Part shown: piece by piece, positions 1-12,313 of the stretch | Position numbering within the stretch: the stretch's first letter is position 1 | Layout of the letters: every line of letters begins with the position of its first letter | Origin: Octopus sinensis | Taxonomy: Eukaryota | Length of the DNA: 64,000 bases | Assembly: GCF_006345805.1 (NCBI RefSeq) | Contig: NC_043012.1 | Coordinates: 37,572,001 to 37,636,000 of the forward strand | Direction of reading: 5' to 3' | Position numbers and translations under genes: made by a program | Notes under the pieces: model-generated | Seen by the model: the letters and a program-made list of their open reading frames with translations, nothing else | Database searches by the model: none | Told to the model about the DNA's origin: nothing

Positions 1-20
1 CACTGCCACTCTGTAAACTT

Positions 21-229
21 ATTCTTTTACTTGTTTCAGTCATTTGACTGCAGACATACTGGAGCAACCGCCTTGGAGGATTTTAGTCAAAGAAATCAAC
101 CTCAGGATTTATTCTTTGTAAGCTTAGTACTTATTCTATTGGTCTCTTTTGCTAAACTGCTAAGTTACAGGGACATAAACATACCAACATTGGTTGTCAA
201 GCAATAGTGTGGGGGACAAACAAAGACAC

Positions 230-303
<74 letters not shown>

Positions 304-455
304 CTTCTTTCAGTTTCCATCTACCAAATCCAGTCACAAGGTATTGGTTGACCCGAGGCAATAGTAGAAGACACTTGCTCAAGGTGCCATGCAGTGGGAC
401 TGAACCTAGAACGATGTGGTTTGGAAATAAGTTTCTTACCACACATCCACACCAT
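21..455 (-). mobile_element. tRNA-headed SINE family A
   Basis: Head with A-box TGGCTGTGTGG and B-box GGTTCAGTCC, central (CA)/(TA) tract, tail ggcggtgctccagcatggccgcagtcaaatgactgaaac. Confidence 0.85.
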
Positions 456-829
456 ATATATTTCGCATATAAACAGCCATCCGTGTCTCATACATAATGT
501 ATACACAATGCCGATAGGCCAGTTACTGCAGTATTTATCTCTTTATGGACTTGCTGTGTTAAAACCGCAGTAACTATAAGAAATAGATGAAAATTTATCC
601 CAGCAGCAGCAGCCAGCAAGAACACGACCACAAGCAATTCGGCCCATTTGGGCCGCAAGCATATACATAGAGTAAATATAAGATACTTCATCTCCTCACT
701 GCCACAAACCCCACCATTACCGATAACGACATTGAATAAAAAGAGAGGCAGGGAGATGAACCACCGGATTTCTCTGCTTTAGGTTGTATTTTTAATTTTT
801 GCATGTTATAAATAAGCTTAATCAGCAGT

Positions 830-833
830 CACT

Positions 834-872
<39 letters not shown>

Positions 873-1137
873 TGTGTGTGTGTGTGGTGAAAAAGTGCAT
901 GAATGAGTGTGTGTCAATGTGTGAGAAAGAGCGTATGTATGTGTAGGAGACAATTACTGTGTGAGTGTGTATTAGTGTGTGTCAGTAAGCCCGTGTGTGT
1001 GTGTGTGTAAGCATGTTTGTCACTGTGTGTGAATGTTAGTTGTGTGTGTGCATTTGTCAGTGTGTGTGTGTAGCATGTGTCAGTGTGTGCGTGTGCGTGT
1101 GCATATGTAAATGTGTGTGAGTGAGTGTACATGTAAA

Positions 1138-1169
<32 letters not shown>

Positions 1170-1170
1170 G
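830..1170. repeat. Compound (TG)n microsatellite
   Basis: Direct inspection. Confidence 0.9.
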
Positions 1171-2039
1171 ATATGATGAATGTGGTGGGGTGAGGAGGGA
1201 TGTCCACATCTAAATATGTAAACAGCAAAATTTCAGTGAAGCAAGACTGGTTTCTAATTATGTCAGTGGGAGGAGAAGGTGGAGGTGGCAGAGGAGTGAA
1301 AGAGAGAAAGAGAGAGGAGAAAGTTGTTAGAAAGCAGTCGAGTGGGAGGGGGAGGAGATAGGTATATGGTGGTGGTGGTTGGGGGGGTGCATGGAAGAAA
1401 AGAGAGAAGGAGGCCATATGGCAATGGAGATAACTGAACAACCTCATGGAACTCAAGCTTTCTCTCTTTCTCTCATCATCTGTCTTTCTTCTTCTCTCTC
1501 CTCTCTCTTAAACATTTAATCTTTCTCCTTTCCTCAATATACTTACAATCTCCCTCTCTCCTTTTTTACTCCATACACACACACACACACACTCCCTCAT
1601 TCTAGCACTTTCAAGGATTCCATCTCACTTCTCACCCATCTGTATTCCACTGCCACCCACCCACCCAACACACACACACACAATCACCACCCTCTAGAAA
1701 ACAGTTTAACGATCCTAATTAGCAAACTGAACTCATCAATGCCTGTTCAGTCACATTTTTGGCACTACCAAACAACAGCCACACTCAACCAGCCAACAAA
1801 CCACCACCATCATAGCAACACTGCACCCCACCCCAATTCTTAACTTCAGAGAGCCTGGCTGACATTCAGCCAGATTTAACAGAGACAGATGTTCCAAAGA
1901 TGGCCAAAAACGATGTGTACTTTGTCCAAGGTCACACAGAACGGCACACTAACTTCTTCCAAAGTTACATCACAACGTTAGTCCCTTCTCTGACAGCACA
2001 ACATTAATTTTTCCCACATTCATAATAATAATTATTTAT

Positions 2040-2480
2040 TTATTTATTACCCACAGGGGACTAAATATAGAGGGGACAAACAAGGACAGACAGAGGATTT
2101 AAGTCATTTACGTCGACCCCAGTGCCTAACTGGTACTTATTAGATCGACCCCGAAAGGATGAAAGCAAAGTCAACCTCGATGGAATCTGAACTCAGAACA
2201 TAACATCAGACAAAATACTACTAGGCATTTCGCCCGGTGTGCCAATGATTCTGCCAGCTTGGCGCCCTCCTCTCTACTATAGATACAAGGTCTGAGATTT
2301 TAAAGGAGAGGACTAGTTGATTACATCGAAACCCCCACCCCCCACCTCCAGTACTCAACTGGTACTTATTTCATCGACCCCGAAAGGATGAAAAGGAAAG
2401 TTGACCTCAGCGAAATTTGGACTCAGAATGCAGCAACGGGCAAAATACTGCTAAGCATTTCTTCCAGCGTGCTAATAATT
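2040..2480 (-). mobile_element. Two tandem copies of tRNA-headed SINE family B
   Basis: Core actggtacttat..atcgaccccgaaaggatgaaa.gcaaagtcgacctcgg.ggaatttgaactcagaa and head rc gctaagcatttcgcccgg. Confidence 0.85.
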
Positions 2481-3099
2481 CTCTTTCTGTGGTGTTGTGA
2501 TACTGTGAGTGTGGGTAATGAGTGCCTCTTAATATTCTAGATGTCAAATACCCAATCTCATTCTAAGCTTGACACATGATTGAAATTCAATCAAAACGGT
2601 GAGATGTGGAAAGACGTATGACATGATAGGCAACCCCGCATCAGTTTCCTATCATTTTCATCATTCGTCTCCCTACCATTGCAATGGTCAGCATCAATAA
2701 TGGCATCCTAATACCACCGCAGAGCGGACATTGGTAGCTGAAGGGTTTCTTGACCAGCAGAACCAGTTCCTTCCCTTAAGAAGTGGGAAAACATATGTTC
2801 CAGTCTTGGGGGTTAAGGTATGAGGGATATGTAGTAGCACACCAATGAGGCAGTGCAGGCATGATCCACTCCTGCTCAACCTCCAACCCATTTCTGAGAC
2901 AGCCAATCTCTTATCAGTTCCTATCCATCTAAGAACCAGGTGTAAATCAGACACTAAGCAGCGTAACCAGGTTCTTGGGCCAGCAATGGAAATTACCACT
3001 GGCCAGCAGAGACTTGCCTCTCTAAGTCAATGGGGTACACATCTGACAGAGATATACCACCCTTCTGGTATGCTATCTTTCTCTTCACTCTTTCCAGAA

Positions 3100-3510
3100 T
3101 AAATTTCATCTAGCAAGGAGGCACTGTTTTCTGTGTTGAAGTGAAGTGGCCGAGTTCCTTTTGAGTGTTGGGCCTCATGGAGATAAAGTGGCTAAGCTTC
3201 TTTTGAGTATTGAACCTCATGGAGGCAATGACCAAGACCTCTGGCATTATGTCATGCTTGAGAAGCCCCATCAAGCCAAGCAAAATCACAGTCATAGCAA
3301 ATACCAGTGTCACACAAATGGCACCTGTGCCGGTGGCATGTAAAAGCACCCAATTCACCCTCAGAGTGGTTGGCATTAGGAAGGGCATCCAGCCTAGAAA
3401 ACCATGCCAAATCTGACTGGATCCTGGCACAGCTTTCAAGAATGCCAGCCAAGTCAAACCGTCCAACCTATGCCAGCATGGACAATGGATATTAAATGAT
3501 GATGATGATA
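3100..3510 (+). mobile_element. Degenerate RTE 3'UTR fragment
   Basis: gtgccggtggcatgtaaaagcacc...ttaaatgatgatgat. Confidence 0.7.
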
Positions 3511-3892
3511 TTATCCATATTGGCTCATTTCTACCGAGCTACTATCATGGACCTCTTTGCGACCTTCATTTTCAAAGGATGAGCTGTTACTGTTGTTTCT
3601 CTTGTGCCCTTGCCATTTCAGCTTTAAACATTTGTCCATCAAACTGTGACTGTCTCCACAACTGAATTTACTTATCCAGCTATCACTTTCCTTTTTTGCG
3701 TTTATTTTAAACCCCCAAATCTGTTTTTTTTTGCTTTCGAGAATCTCAAAACCTTTGGATTGGGGTGTATTTACTTCAACCATCCTTGGGGACAACAACT
3801 CCTCTTGCTACCCCAAAAGTGGTCATACTGAATGATTGTCAAACAAAGCATTGTGGAAACTTGCAAAAATGTGTACAACAGCCACTCCTACG

Positions 3893-4320
3893 TAGGCATA
3901 GGAGTGGCTGTGTGGTAAGTAGGTTGCTTACCAACAACATTGTCCAGGGTTTAGTCCTACTGCGTGGCACCTTGGGCAAGTGTCTTCTACTATAGCCTCG
4001 GGCTGACCAAAGCCTTGTGAGTGGATTTGGTAGACAGAAACTGAAAGAAGCCTGTTGTATATGTGTGTGCGTGTGTGTTTGTGTGTGTGTGTTTGTGTGT
4101 GTGTGTTTGTGTGTGTGTGTTTGTCTCCCCCAACATCGCTTGACAACCAATGCTGGTGTGTTTACGTCCCCGTAACTTAGCAGTTCAGCAAAAGACACCG
4201 ATAGAATAAGTACTAGGCTTACAAAGAATAAGTCCTAGGGTTGATTTGCTCAACTAAAGGTGGTGCTCCAGCATGGCCACAGTCAAATGACTGAAACAAG
4301 TAACAGAGTAAAAGAGTAAC
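3893..4320 (+). mobile_element. SINE family A
   Basis: Complete head-to-tail copy. Confidence 0.9.
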
Positions 4321-5816
4321 AAAAATGTTTCTGAGTTAACCCTTGCTTCCCCAGCTGGAGCAACAAGGTGGGGGCACAAAGACTCTCAAACCTCTGGCTG
4401 GTAAAAAAAAAGAAAAAACCAAAACATTTCCTTTCAAGAAATTCAGGAAGGCAACAGCTTGGATGAGGAACTATGGGAAATGCAAGCTACAACAACAGCA
4501 ACCACCACCACCACCACCACCTTCAGCACTCCACTAGATCTAGTTTTCAAATAGTTCACTCCTCACAGCTGGACTCCATAAAGAAAGTAATTTTATCTTT
4601 CCTCTCCACTTCTTTCTCCCTATTTGTCATTCACACTATCTATCTATCTATTTCTCTATCTATTTCTCTATCTCTCTATCATGTTACTGTGAAATGTGAT
4701 AGATTCACTGGGAAGGAGAAACAAAGATTTTAGCCTGGAGCTGGCTTCAGCCATTCTCTGTTTTGAAACAAAAAACATTAAACTACCACATCTACCAACC
4801 CTCACTTACACGACCAGCATCTCTACCCCATCTAATGAAGGAACCTCTAAATCATGTTTGGGCAACCTGCGGCCCTCAACATGTTGTTGTGCGGCCCTCA
4901 ACATGTTTCTGGGTTACTAATTTCATACTAAGACAAATAAAACAAGAACTGCAAAAATTTCAGCATAAAGTGGGCAAGTAATATTTCATGCATATGTTTT
5001 ATCATTCGGCCCTCTCCCACTTGGAGATGGTACAATGCGGCCCCCAGTTGAGGGAAAGTTGCCCATTCTTGCTCTACATGGTTATGCACCACCTAGAAAT
5101 AGCAACCAAATCTCCCTCAAATTACACTTTTGTCTTTAAAATGAAATTGACACATTGGATAATGTAGTTCAAAGTATGTTTATGTTAGAACAACGTGACC
5201 GCTTGATTAAGGCTGAAATGCCTTTGATCACAGGTTTACTCAAAAAAAGGATTACCTGGGGTTAAACAATACCAGCAACCAGTAAGACCACAATCATATA
5301 ACAAGGAGCGCCATCGCCAACACCGATGAAACCACCACAACTGCAATATCACTACCACCACGACTGCAACACCACTAACAACTTTCTTTAGAATAACAAC
5401 GCTAAAACTAATTAAGTTTTATCTTTAGGTTGAGATAAAGTGGGAAGATGTGTACGGAAGGAGGGGGGGGAGGATGTAATTTGATGCAACAGCTAGATCA
5501 ACTCTTTTGTGATCATTTAACTAACGCAGTAGGCTGTCCATGGGTTTCAATTAATATTTGAAAATAATCAAGAACTGAAAGGAATTTAGTAGAAGATAAA
5601 TTCTTCATTACTATATTATCTAGCACACAACATATTGTGTTAGCATTCAAACAATGTCACTATCTTTCCAAATCTTGTTGCTGTTCATATGAAATTTTTG
5701 GTCCTCCAAAATTGTCTCCATGTAAAGCTGACCTGCTTTTCGTTTGGCTCTCTTTCTTGGTCTGAACAATTCGACTTGTATGCCAGAAAACATGGTATTT
5801 AGTTGGGAGTTTTGTG

Positions 5817-6150
5817 AAGGCGCATGACTCAGTGGTTAGAGCGTCAAGCTTACGATCGTGAGGTTGTGAGTTCAAATCCTGGACTGGGCTGTGTGTTGTG
5901 TTCTTGAGCAAGACACTTTATTTCACGTTGCTCCAGTGCACTCAGCTGTAGAAATGAGTTGCGACATCACAGGTGCCAAGCCGTATCGGCCTTTGCCTTT
6001 CCCTTGGATAACACTGGTGGCATGGAGAAGGGAAGCCGGTATGCATGGGCGACTGCTGGTCTTCCATAAACAACCTTGCCTGGACTTGTGCCTCAGTAGG
6101 GGAACTTTATAGGTGCAATCCCATGGTCAGTCATGATCGAAGGGGGTCTC
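5817..6150 (+). mobile_element. tRNA-headed SINE family C
   Basis: ggcgcatgactcagtggttagagcg...gagttcaaatcc head followed by tgtgttcttgagcaagacactt body. Confidence 0.8.
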
Positions 6151-6584
6151 ATAGCTGGGAATTTATAACTTAATGAAATGCTCTGGCAGAAAAGGTTTAT
6201 ATTTAAATATAAACATTCTAAAAAAATATTTCTATCACAGAAGGAATGGCAGAAGGTAGAGTGGTCAGAATGAAATGGATTAAAGGAAAGAATTATAAAA
6301 ATAATTTTTTTTTTAAATATTGAATACTTTTGATGATCTGTATGTGTGTGTGCATGATGTGAGGGAGAGAGTGTCATCATTTCTAATATCCATTTTTCAA
6401 TGCTTGCATGAATTAGATGGAGTTTACTCAGGCAGATTTTCTACACCTGGATGCCCTTTCTGTCACCAACACTCACCTGTTTCCAAATAATGTAAGGCTT
6501 CTTCATGGTCAAACATGTTTTCACAGAATATTGGAAATGAATAGCATTCATTTACAACAACCTTTGGAAATATGCTGTGCTCGA

Positions 6585-7225
6585 GAAGACCCGGCAAGCC
6601 ATATGAGACCATAACCTGTGGCCTATGCCAGGTGCGTAACCAGCCCACTTATGCGTACCTTTCCTTCTTTGGTCACTAAACTCTGCTTGCGAAGACCTGT
6701 TGAGGCAAGTGAAATCAAAATCAATTCGATGACTGGCATTCGTGCTAGCAGGGTTCAAAGCGCACCATACAAGTGTGATCGTTGACAGAGCGGCTATTCG
6801 AGTAATAATGTTACCAGCATCACCTTACTGGCACTTATGCCTGTGCTAGTAGGGTACCAAGAGCACCATCCAAGCGTGATCGTTGCCAGAGCAGCTTCCG
6901 TACCCATGGCACGTAAAAGGGCACCATTCGAGTGTGATCGTTACCAACGCCGCTTCACTGGCACCTGTGCCGGTGGCATGTGTAAAAAGATTTGAGCGAG
7001 GTCATTACCAGTACCGCCTGACTGGCCCTCGTGCCGGTGGCACGGAAAAAGCACCCACTACACTCTCGGAGTGGTTGGCGTTAGGAAGGGCATCCAGCTG
7101 TAGAAACTCTGCCAGATCAAGATTGGAGCCTGGTGCAGCCATCTGGCTCACCAGCCCTCAGTCAAAATCATCCAACCCCTGCTAGCATGGAAAGTGGACG
7201 TTAAACGATGATGATGATGATGATG
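6585..7225 (+). mobile_element. RTE 3' end fragment (last codons + 3'UTR + (GAT)n)
   Basis: gagaagacccggcaagcc followed by a 3'UTR homologous to 32725-33406. Confidence 0.9.
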
Positions 7226-7994
7226 ATAAGATGTCAAGACAAGGAGACAAACTCTCACATACTCCCACACAAATACACACGTGTGCATGTGTGTGTGTGC
7301 GTATATATGTATGTGTATATCTATATATATGTGCATATACACACACACACACAACAGGCTTCTTTCAATTTCCATCCAGCAAATCCACTCTCAAGTCATC
7401 AGTTAGTCCAGAGCCACAAACGAAGGCCAAAAGTGTGAGTATGCATGCTTCAGTGTGTGTGTGCATGTCAGTGTGTGTAAGTGGTTGTCCAATATTTCTG
7501 TCTAAATTAGGTAGTCATTAGTGTCTGGAGGTAAGTTAATGTTAACATGTTTTATATATGAGATTAACAAAAATCTAACTAGAAATAAGTTGTGAAAAGG
7601 TGGGAGGAAAGGAAATGATATCAGTCAATGACCAAGCATGGGAAACAACTCCAAACATATTTCAATCTTATATTGAGCTCATCAATATAGCATAATAGTA
7701 AACATAGTGAGAAAGAAATCCTTATGTATAAGAAACTACATTTGTTGATGTTGGAAAATAGAACTATTCAGAAATTAAATAATTCAGAGACACTTTCTGC
7801 ATGAAAAAACAATAGTTAAGTCTTTATTATGATTTAATTTAAGGAACCCAGTCAGAAAAAAACAATTAAACTGTGATTTTGATTGATAACCTCCATAACA
7901 TAAGTTTTTCAAACTCAATTCATTAGTTAAAGCAACTGCAATATCAAGAAATAGAAATAGAGGGGGGGGTGAGGAAGAACAGGTTTTTTTTCCT

Positions 7995-8182
7995 TTCCTA
8001 TTCTAGGCAGAAGGCCCGAATTTTTTGGGGAGAGGGTCAGTCGATTTGATCGAGCCCACTATGCAACTGGTACTTAATTTATCGATCCCAAAAGGATGAA
8101 CGGCAAAGTTGACCTCGGCAGAATCTGAACTCAGAACATAAAGACAGACGAAATACCGCTAAGCATTTCGCCCGGCTTGCCA
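7995..8182 (-). mobile_element. SINE family B
   Basis: Same core. Confidence 0.85.
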
Positions 8183-8309
8183 CTTTGATGAGGAAGAACA
8201 GCTGTAAAAGTCAAACAAGGTATTTCAACCAAATTGGCCACAGAACTGAATGATGGCGGCGCTACAAAATAATCTGTGCAGATATGGTATCATCATCATC
8301 ATCATGACC

Positions 8310-8735
8310 ATCATTTTAATGTCCACTTTTCCATGGTTGAATGGGTCAGACAATGGGTCAGAGGGAGTTTTCAATAGCTGGATGCCCTTCCTGTTGCCAA
8401 CCCTCATCTGTTTCCAAGTAAGGTAATTTTTCTCCATGACCAGACATTGTGTTCAAGGAAGATTGGAAATGAAGGACACCGCCTGCAGGACAGTGGCACT
8501 CATTTACATCCATCACACAATGTCAAGGCAAGCAGACAGTAACACACACACACAATCAACAGCATCACTGTTTTAACATCCACTTTTCCATGTTGTCATG
8601 GGTTGGATGGAATCTGTTGAGGCAGATGTTTTACAGCCAGGGAGCATTCTTCACACCAACCTGCACTTGTTTCCAAGAAAGGTAAGATTCCCTATACCCA
8701 AATATGTTTTCACAGAAGCTTGGAAACAAAAGCTT
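8310..8735 (-). mobile_element. Two copies of an old non-autonomous repeat with an RTE-like 3' end
   Basis: catcactgttttaacatccacttttccatg...ctggatgcccttcc...gtttccaagtaaggtaat...ttcacagaagattggaaa. Other copies at about 6385-6570, 27470-27580, 34040-34210, 41340-41530 and 61600-61770. Confidence 0.65.
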
Positions 8736-9020
8736 TGGTAGAAAATACTGGCCCAAGGAGCTACACATCGGGATTGAACCTGTAACCATGTGATTGAGAA
8801 ACAAACTTCTTACTACATAGCCATGCCAGTGCCTATTAAGAAATATATTTCTGTAGTTCTGCAAAAATTTCTTATCCTTCCTCACATTTATTTAATTTTT
8901 TTTTTCTTAATGGCGAAGAGGACTCAAACAGAGAATTTCCCAAAGAAAATAACAACATGGGCCTTACAAAAAAAGGAAAGAAGTAAAATTATTATTATTA
9001 TTATTATTATTATTATTTAC

Positions 9021-9072
9021 CTGCTCTTCAGAAAGTCCTTCTTCTTCCATTGACTGCTCAAGCATACGATAC
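9021..9072 (-). CDS. STK38: NDR kinase second coding exon (52 nt)
   Basis: tttctttgtattcttcag|G TAT CGT ATG CTT GAG CAG TCA ATG GAA GAA GAA GGA CTT TCT GAA GAG CAG|gtaaat gives (R)YRMLEQSMEEEGLSEEQ. The phase is compatible with the previous exon, and it aligns to human RQKKLEKVMEEEGLKDEE. Confidence 0.9.
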
Positions 9073-9197
9073 CTGAAGAATACAAAGAAACATTGAAAAA
9101 TATATGGAAATAATCCACAATCACTATTTGCTCTCAAGTGAAACTGATTTTAATTATTATTTGGTAATGATGATACATCTTCTGGAGGCAGAGATAA

Positions 9198-9412
9198 TCT
9201 TTTCTACTATAGGCACAAGGCCTAAAATTTAGGGGAAAAGGGCAAGAAGATGAGATCGACCCCAGTATACAACTGGTACTTAATTTATCGACACTGAAAA
9301 GATGAAAGGTAAAGCCAACCTTGGCAGAATTTGAACTCAGAACATAGTGGCAGATGAAATGCCACTAAGCATTTCGCTCGACGTGCTTACGAGTCTGCCA
9401 GCTCGCCACCTT
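9198..9412 (-). mobile_element. SINE family B, about 125 bp upstream of the exon-2 acceptor
   Basis: Complete copy. Confidence 0.85.
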
Positions 9413-9547
9413 AGAGATAGAGATAATGCTATTAAATCAGGAATTTTTAATTTATGGTATTTAATATACCTACATTTGTTTATGTTATTTTTATACATGT
9501 CATTGGCCACTTATTATTTCTCCTAGCTCATTTTATATATATATTCT

Positions 9548-9880
9548 TTTATTTGTTTCAGTCATTTGACTGTGGCCTTGCTGGAGCACTGCCTTTAGTC
9601 GAGCAAATTGACCCTAGGACTTATTCTTTGTAAGCCTAGTACTTATTCTATCAGTCCTTATTGCCAAACCACGAAGTGACAGGGACATAAACACACTAGC
9701 ATCGGTTGTCAAGCGATGTTGGGGGGACAAACACACACACATATATATATGTGTGTGTGTGTATATGCGATGAGCTTCTTTCAGTTTCCGTCTACCAAAT
9801 CCACTCACAAGGATTTGGTTGGCCTGAGGCTATAGTAGAAGACACTTGCCTAAGGTGCCACACAGTGGGACTGAATCCAG
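9548..9880 (-). mobile_element. SINE family A (head truncated)
   Basis: Homologous to the 3893 copy. Confidence 0.85.
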
Positions 9881-10574
9881 AACCATATATATATATATAT
9901 CTGTTGATTCACCACAAGCTATAAATTATAAGACTCAATACAAATATGGAACATTCTTTATATATATACATAAGTCTTCCACACAGTTTCAATCTTCCAA
10001 ATTCATTCACAAGGCATCGGTTAGCCCAGGGCTATAATAGAAAACGCCTGCCCTCAGTGCCACACAGTAGGACTGAACCTGAAACTACACAGTCGCAAAA
10101 CAAGCTCCTTAACCACACAGCCACAGAAATTTAAAAGATATAAATACATTTCTTAATGTTCTTTTGAGTTTAGGTACAATGAAACTATAAATATAATTTA
10201 AATTACAGAAAATTAATTGCTTCTTTATTGAATAAAAGAAGTATAATTATTATGAAGATGTCACATTTCAAATTATAGTCTCTATATTTTGCAGTTTTCT
10301 TTTAAAATAGAATTTTATTATTTCCATGGTGTAAGAGTGAATGGGAGGGGATTAGCAGAATTGTTTGCATGCCATATGAAATACCTTATGATATTTATTA
10401 TGATGGCCCTTATTTGAATCTCACCAAGGGTAACTATGGTCTTTCAGCTCTTCAAGGCCAATATAAAGTACCATTCAAGTACCAGGGTCGATTTAATTAA
10501 CAAAGCCTCTCCACTACAACTGAAATTAATAACTGTGAGCCTAAATTAGGAATTTTTTTTTTCTAACAGTGGGT

Positions 10575-10935
10575 TGAGTTGGATCTTGCAGCACACCAGT
10601 CTTTCACAATGCACAAATGTGCCACTACATATGCACCAACATGCCATGGCACACCAGCATGCTATCACACACCAGTGTGTTCCCAAGCACCAGTGTTCTA
10701 TAATACTAGTGTGCCACGACCCACCTATATGCCATGACCCACCGGCATTCCACGACCCACCAGCATGTCACGACTTACCAGCATGTCACGACCCACCTAT
10801 ATGCCACAGCACACCAGAGTGTCATAATAACACTAACATGTCACAACACACCAGAATTCCATGACACACCAGCGTGTTACGAAATGCCAGCGTGTCACAC
10901 TAATGTGCCACAACACATCAGTGTGCCACCAGTAG
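10575..10935. repeat. 18-bp minisatellite (cccaccagcatgtcacga)
   Basis: At least 6 clear units at 10718-10830, with decayed units on both sides. Confidence 0.75.
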
Positions 10936-11376
10936 CATAAGACATGAAATACTTATTAAGCCATAAAACTATTCAACTGCTTTTGCAGTGCAGACAAATA
11001 AATAATGGAATAACTGTAAAGAGAACCACTATGGAGAACCAACCAATTCCAAAGAGGAACCAGTAACATTCTTAACGCTCATTGGTTGTTTCAAAGATGA
11101 CTCATAAGGAAGAACAGAGATTAGTCATACAAGAAACTAGTCTGATGTCAGTTACAATAAAGATTCACAATAACAATAAATGGTGATGAGAATATATTCC
11201 GATTGTGGAAATGGTGGTGGTGGAGGAGGAGTCATAGTGATAGTGATGGTAAGGTTGGTGGGGTGTGGGTGGTGTTGAAAGGGATTGCGGTGCGGGTAGT
11301 GGTGGTGGTGGAAGACAGGGGGGAATGAGAGGAGAAAAAACACAGAATTGGGGGAAAAAAATAACTTCATGTATAG

Positions 11377-11408
<32 letters not shown>

Positions 11409-12313
11409 CAGTAAAGCATGTTCAAATGTTGACTTACTTGTGGATCACTGTGTATTTATGACTAGATTATGCAAACAGACGTACAAACACACACGTGTGT
11501 ATGTATGAGTATACACATATACATACATGTATGACATATATATATATAAAATATGTGTGAGTATAGCAACGTTAAAAGCTCTAGTATAATGTCTTATAGA
11601 TTTTGGGGTTTTTTTTCTCTGTTGAGGTTGTGTTTGAAGCTCACCCCAAAACACACATAAGTGTAACCTCACTGTTTGCTGTGTCCCACTCATATGGAAA
11701 TGAACTCCAACAATAGATGACCGATTCTGCCAGCTTACATTCTTGCACTTCTACCTTATCACCCCTCCCCCAACCCTACCCTTGCACACCCATGTACCTA
11801 CACACTGTTAGTCAGACCAAAGTAAAAATAAAGACAACACACACACACACACACACACACCAAGCAAATTAAAACAAAGTTTCCCATTCTTTTAGTCCAG
11901 TGTAAACATGTAAGAGTGTGACTGCCGTAACCACACTCCCTGTCACCACATCAACCACTCTAACTGCCATCATCATGGTTTTAAAGCCACTTTTTTTATG
12001 CTGGCATGGCTTGGACAGATCTATAGCCATACAGTGACTACCCACCTTTTTTTTTCAATCCATCGTTACACAAGGCGATAGAGAAAAACTACTGTTTTTT
12101 TTATAGTGCAGGTCAGAGTTTTCACAGATGGATGCCCTTCATAACACAAACAGCTCTACGACAAGGTTTGGTAATTTTAACACCATCAGCACTAGGGAGA
12201 TCATCTGAAGTAGTACTAAGACTAAAGGAATGACCTGATCCCTCTACTGCGTGTGATCAGGGATTCAACACTTGACCTAATCGTCATCACACCGTAGAGA
12301 CAACACTGAAGAT

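Noticed and set aside
914-1456. 180-aa Pro/His/Thr-rich minus-strand ORF
   Set aside because: It is simple-repeat derived, has no convincing splice sites, and is unrelated to the expected third NDR exon.
1-9020. Expected third NDR exon (…KETEFLRLKR…VIGRGAFGE)
   Set aside because: Searched by eye on the minus strand and not found; it must lie beyond the window start.
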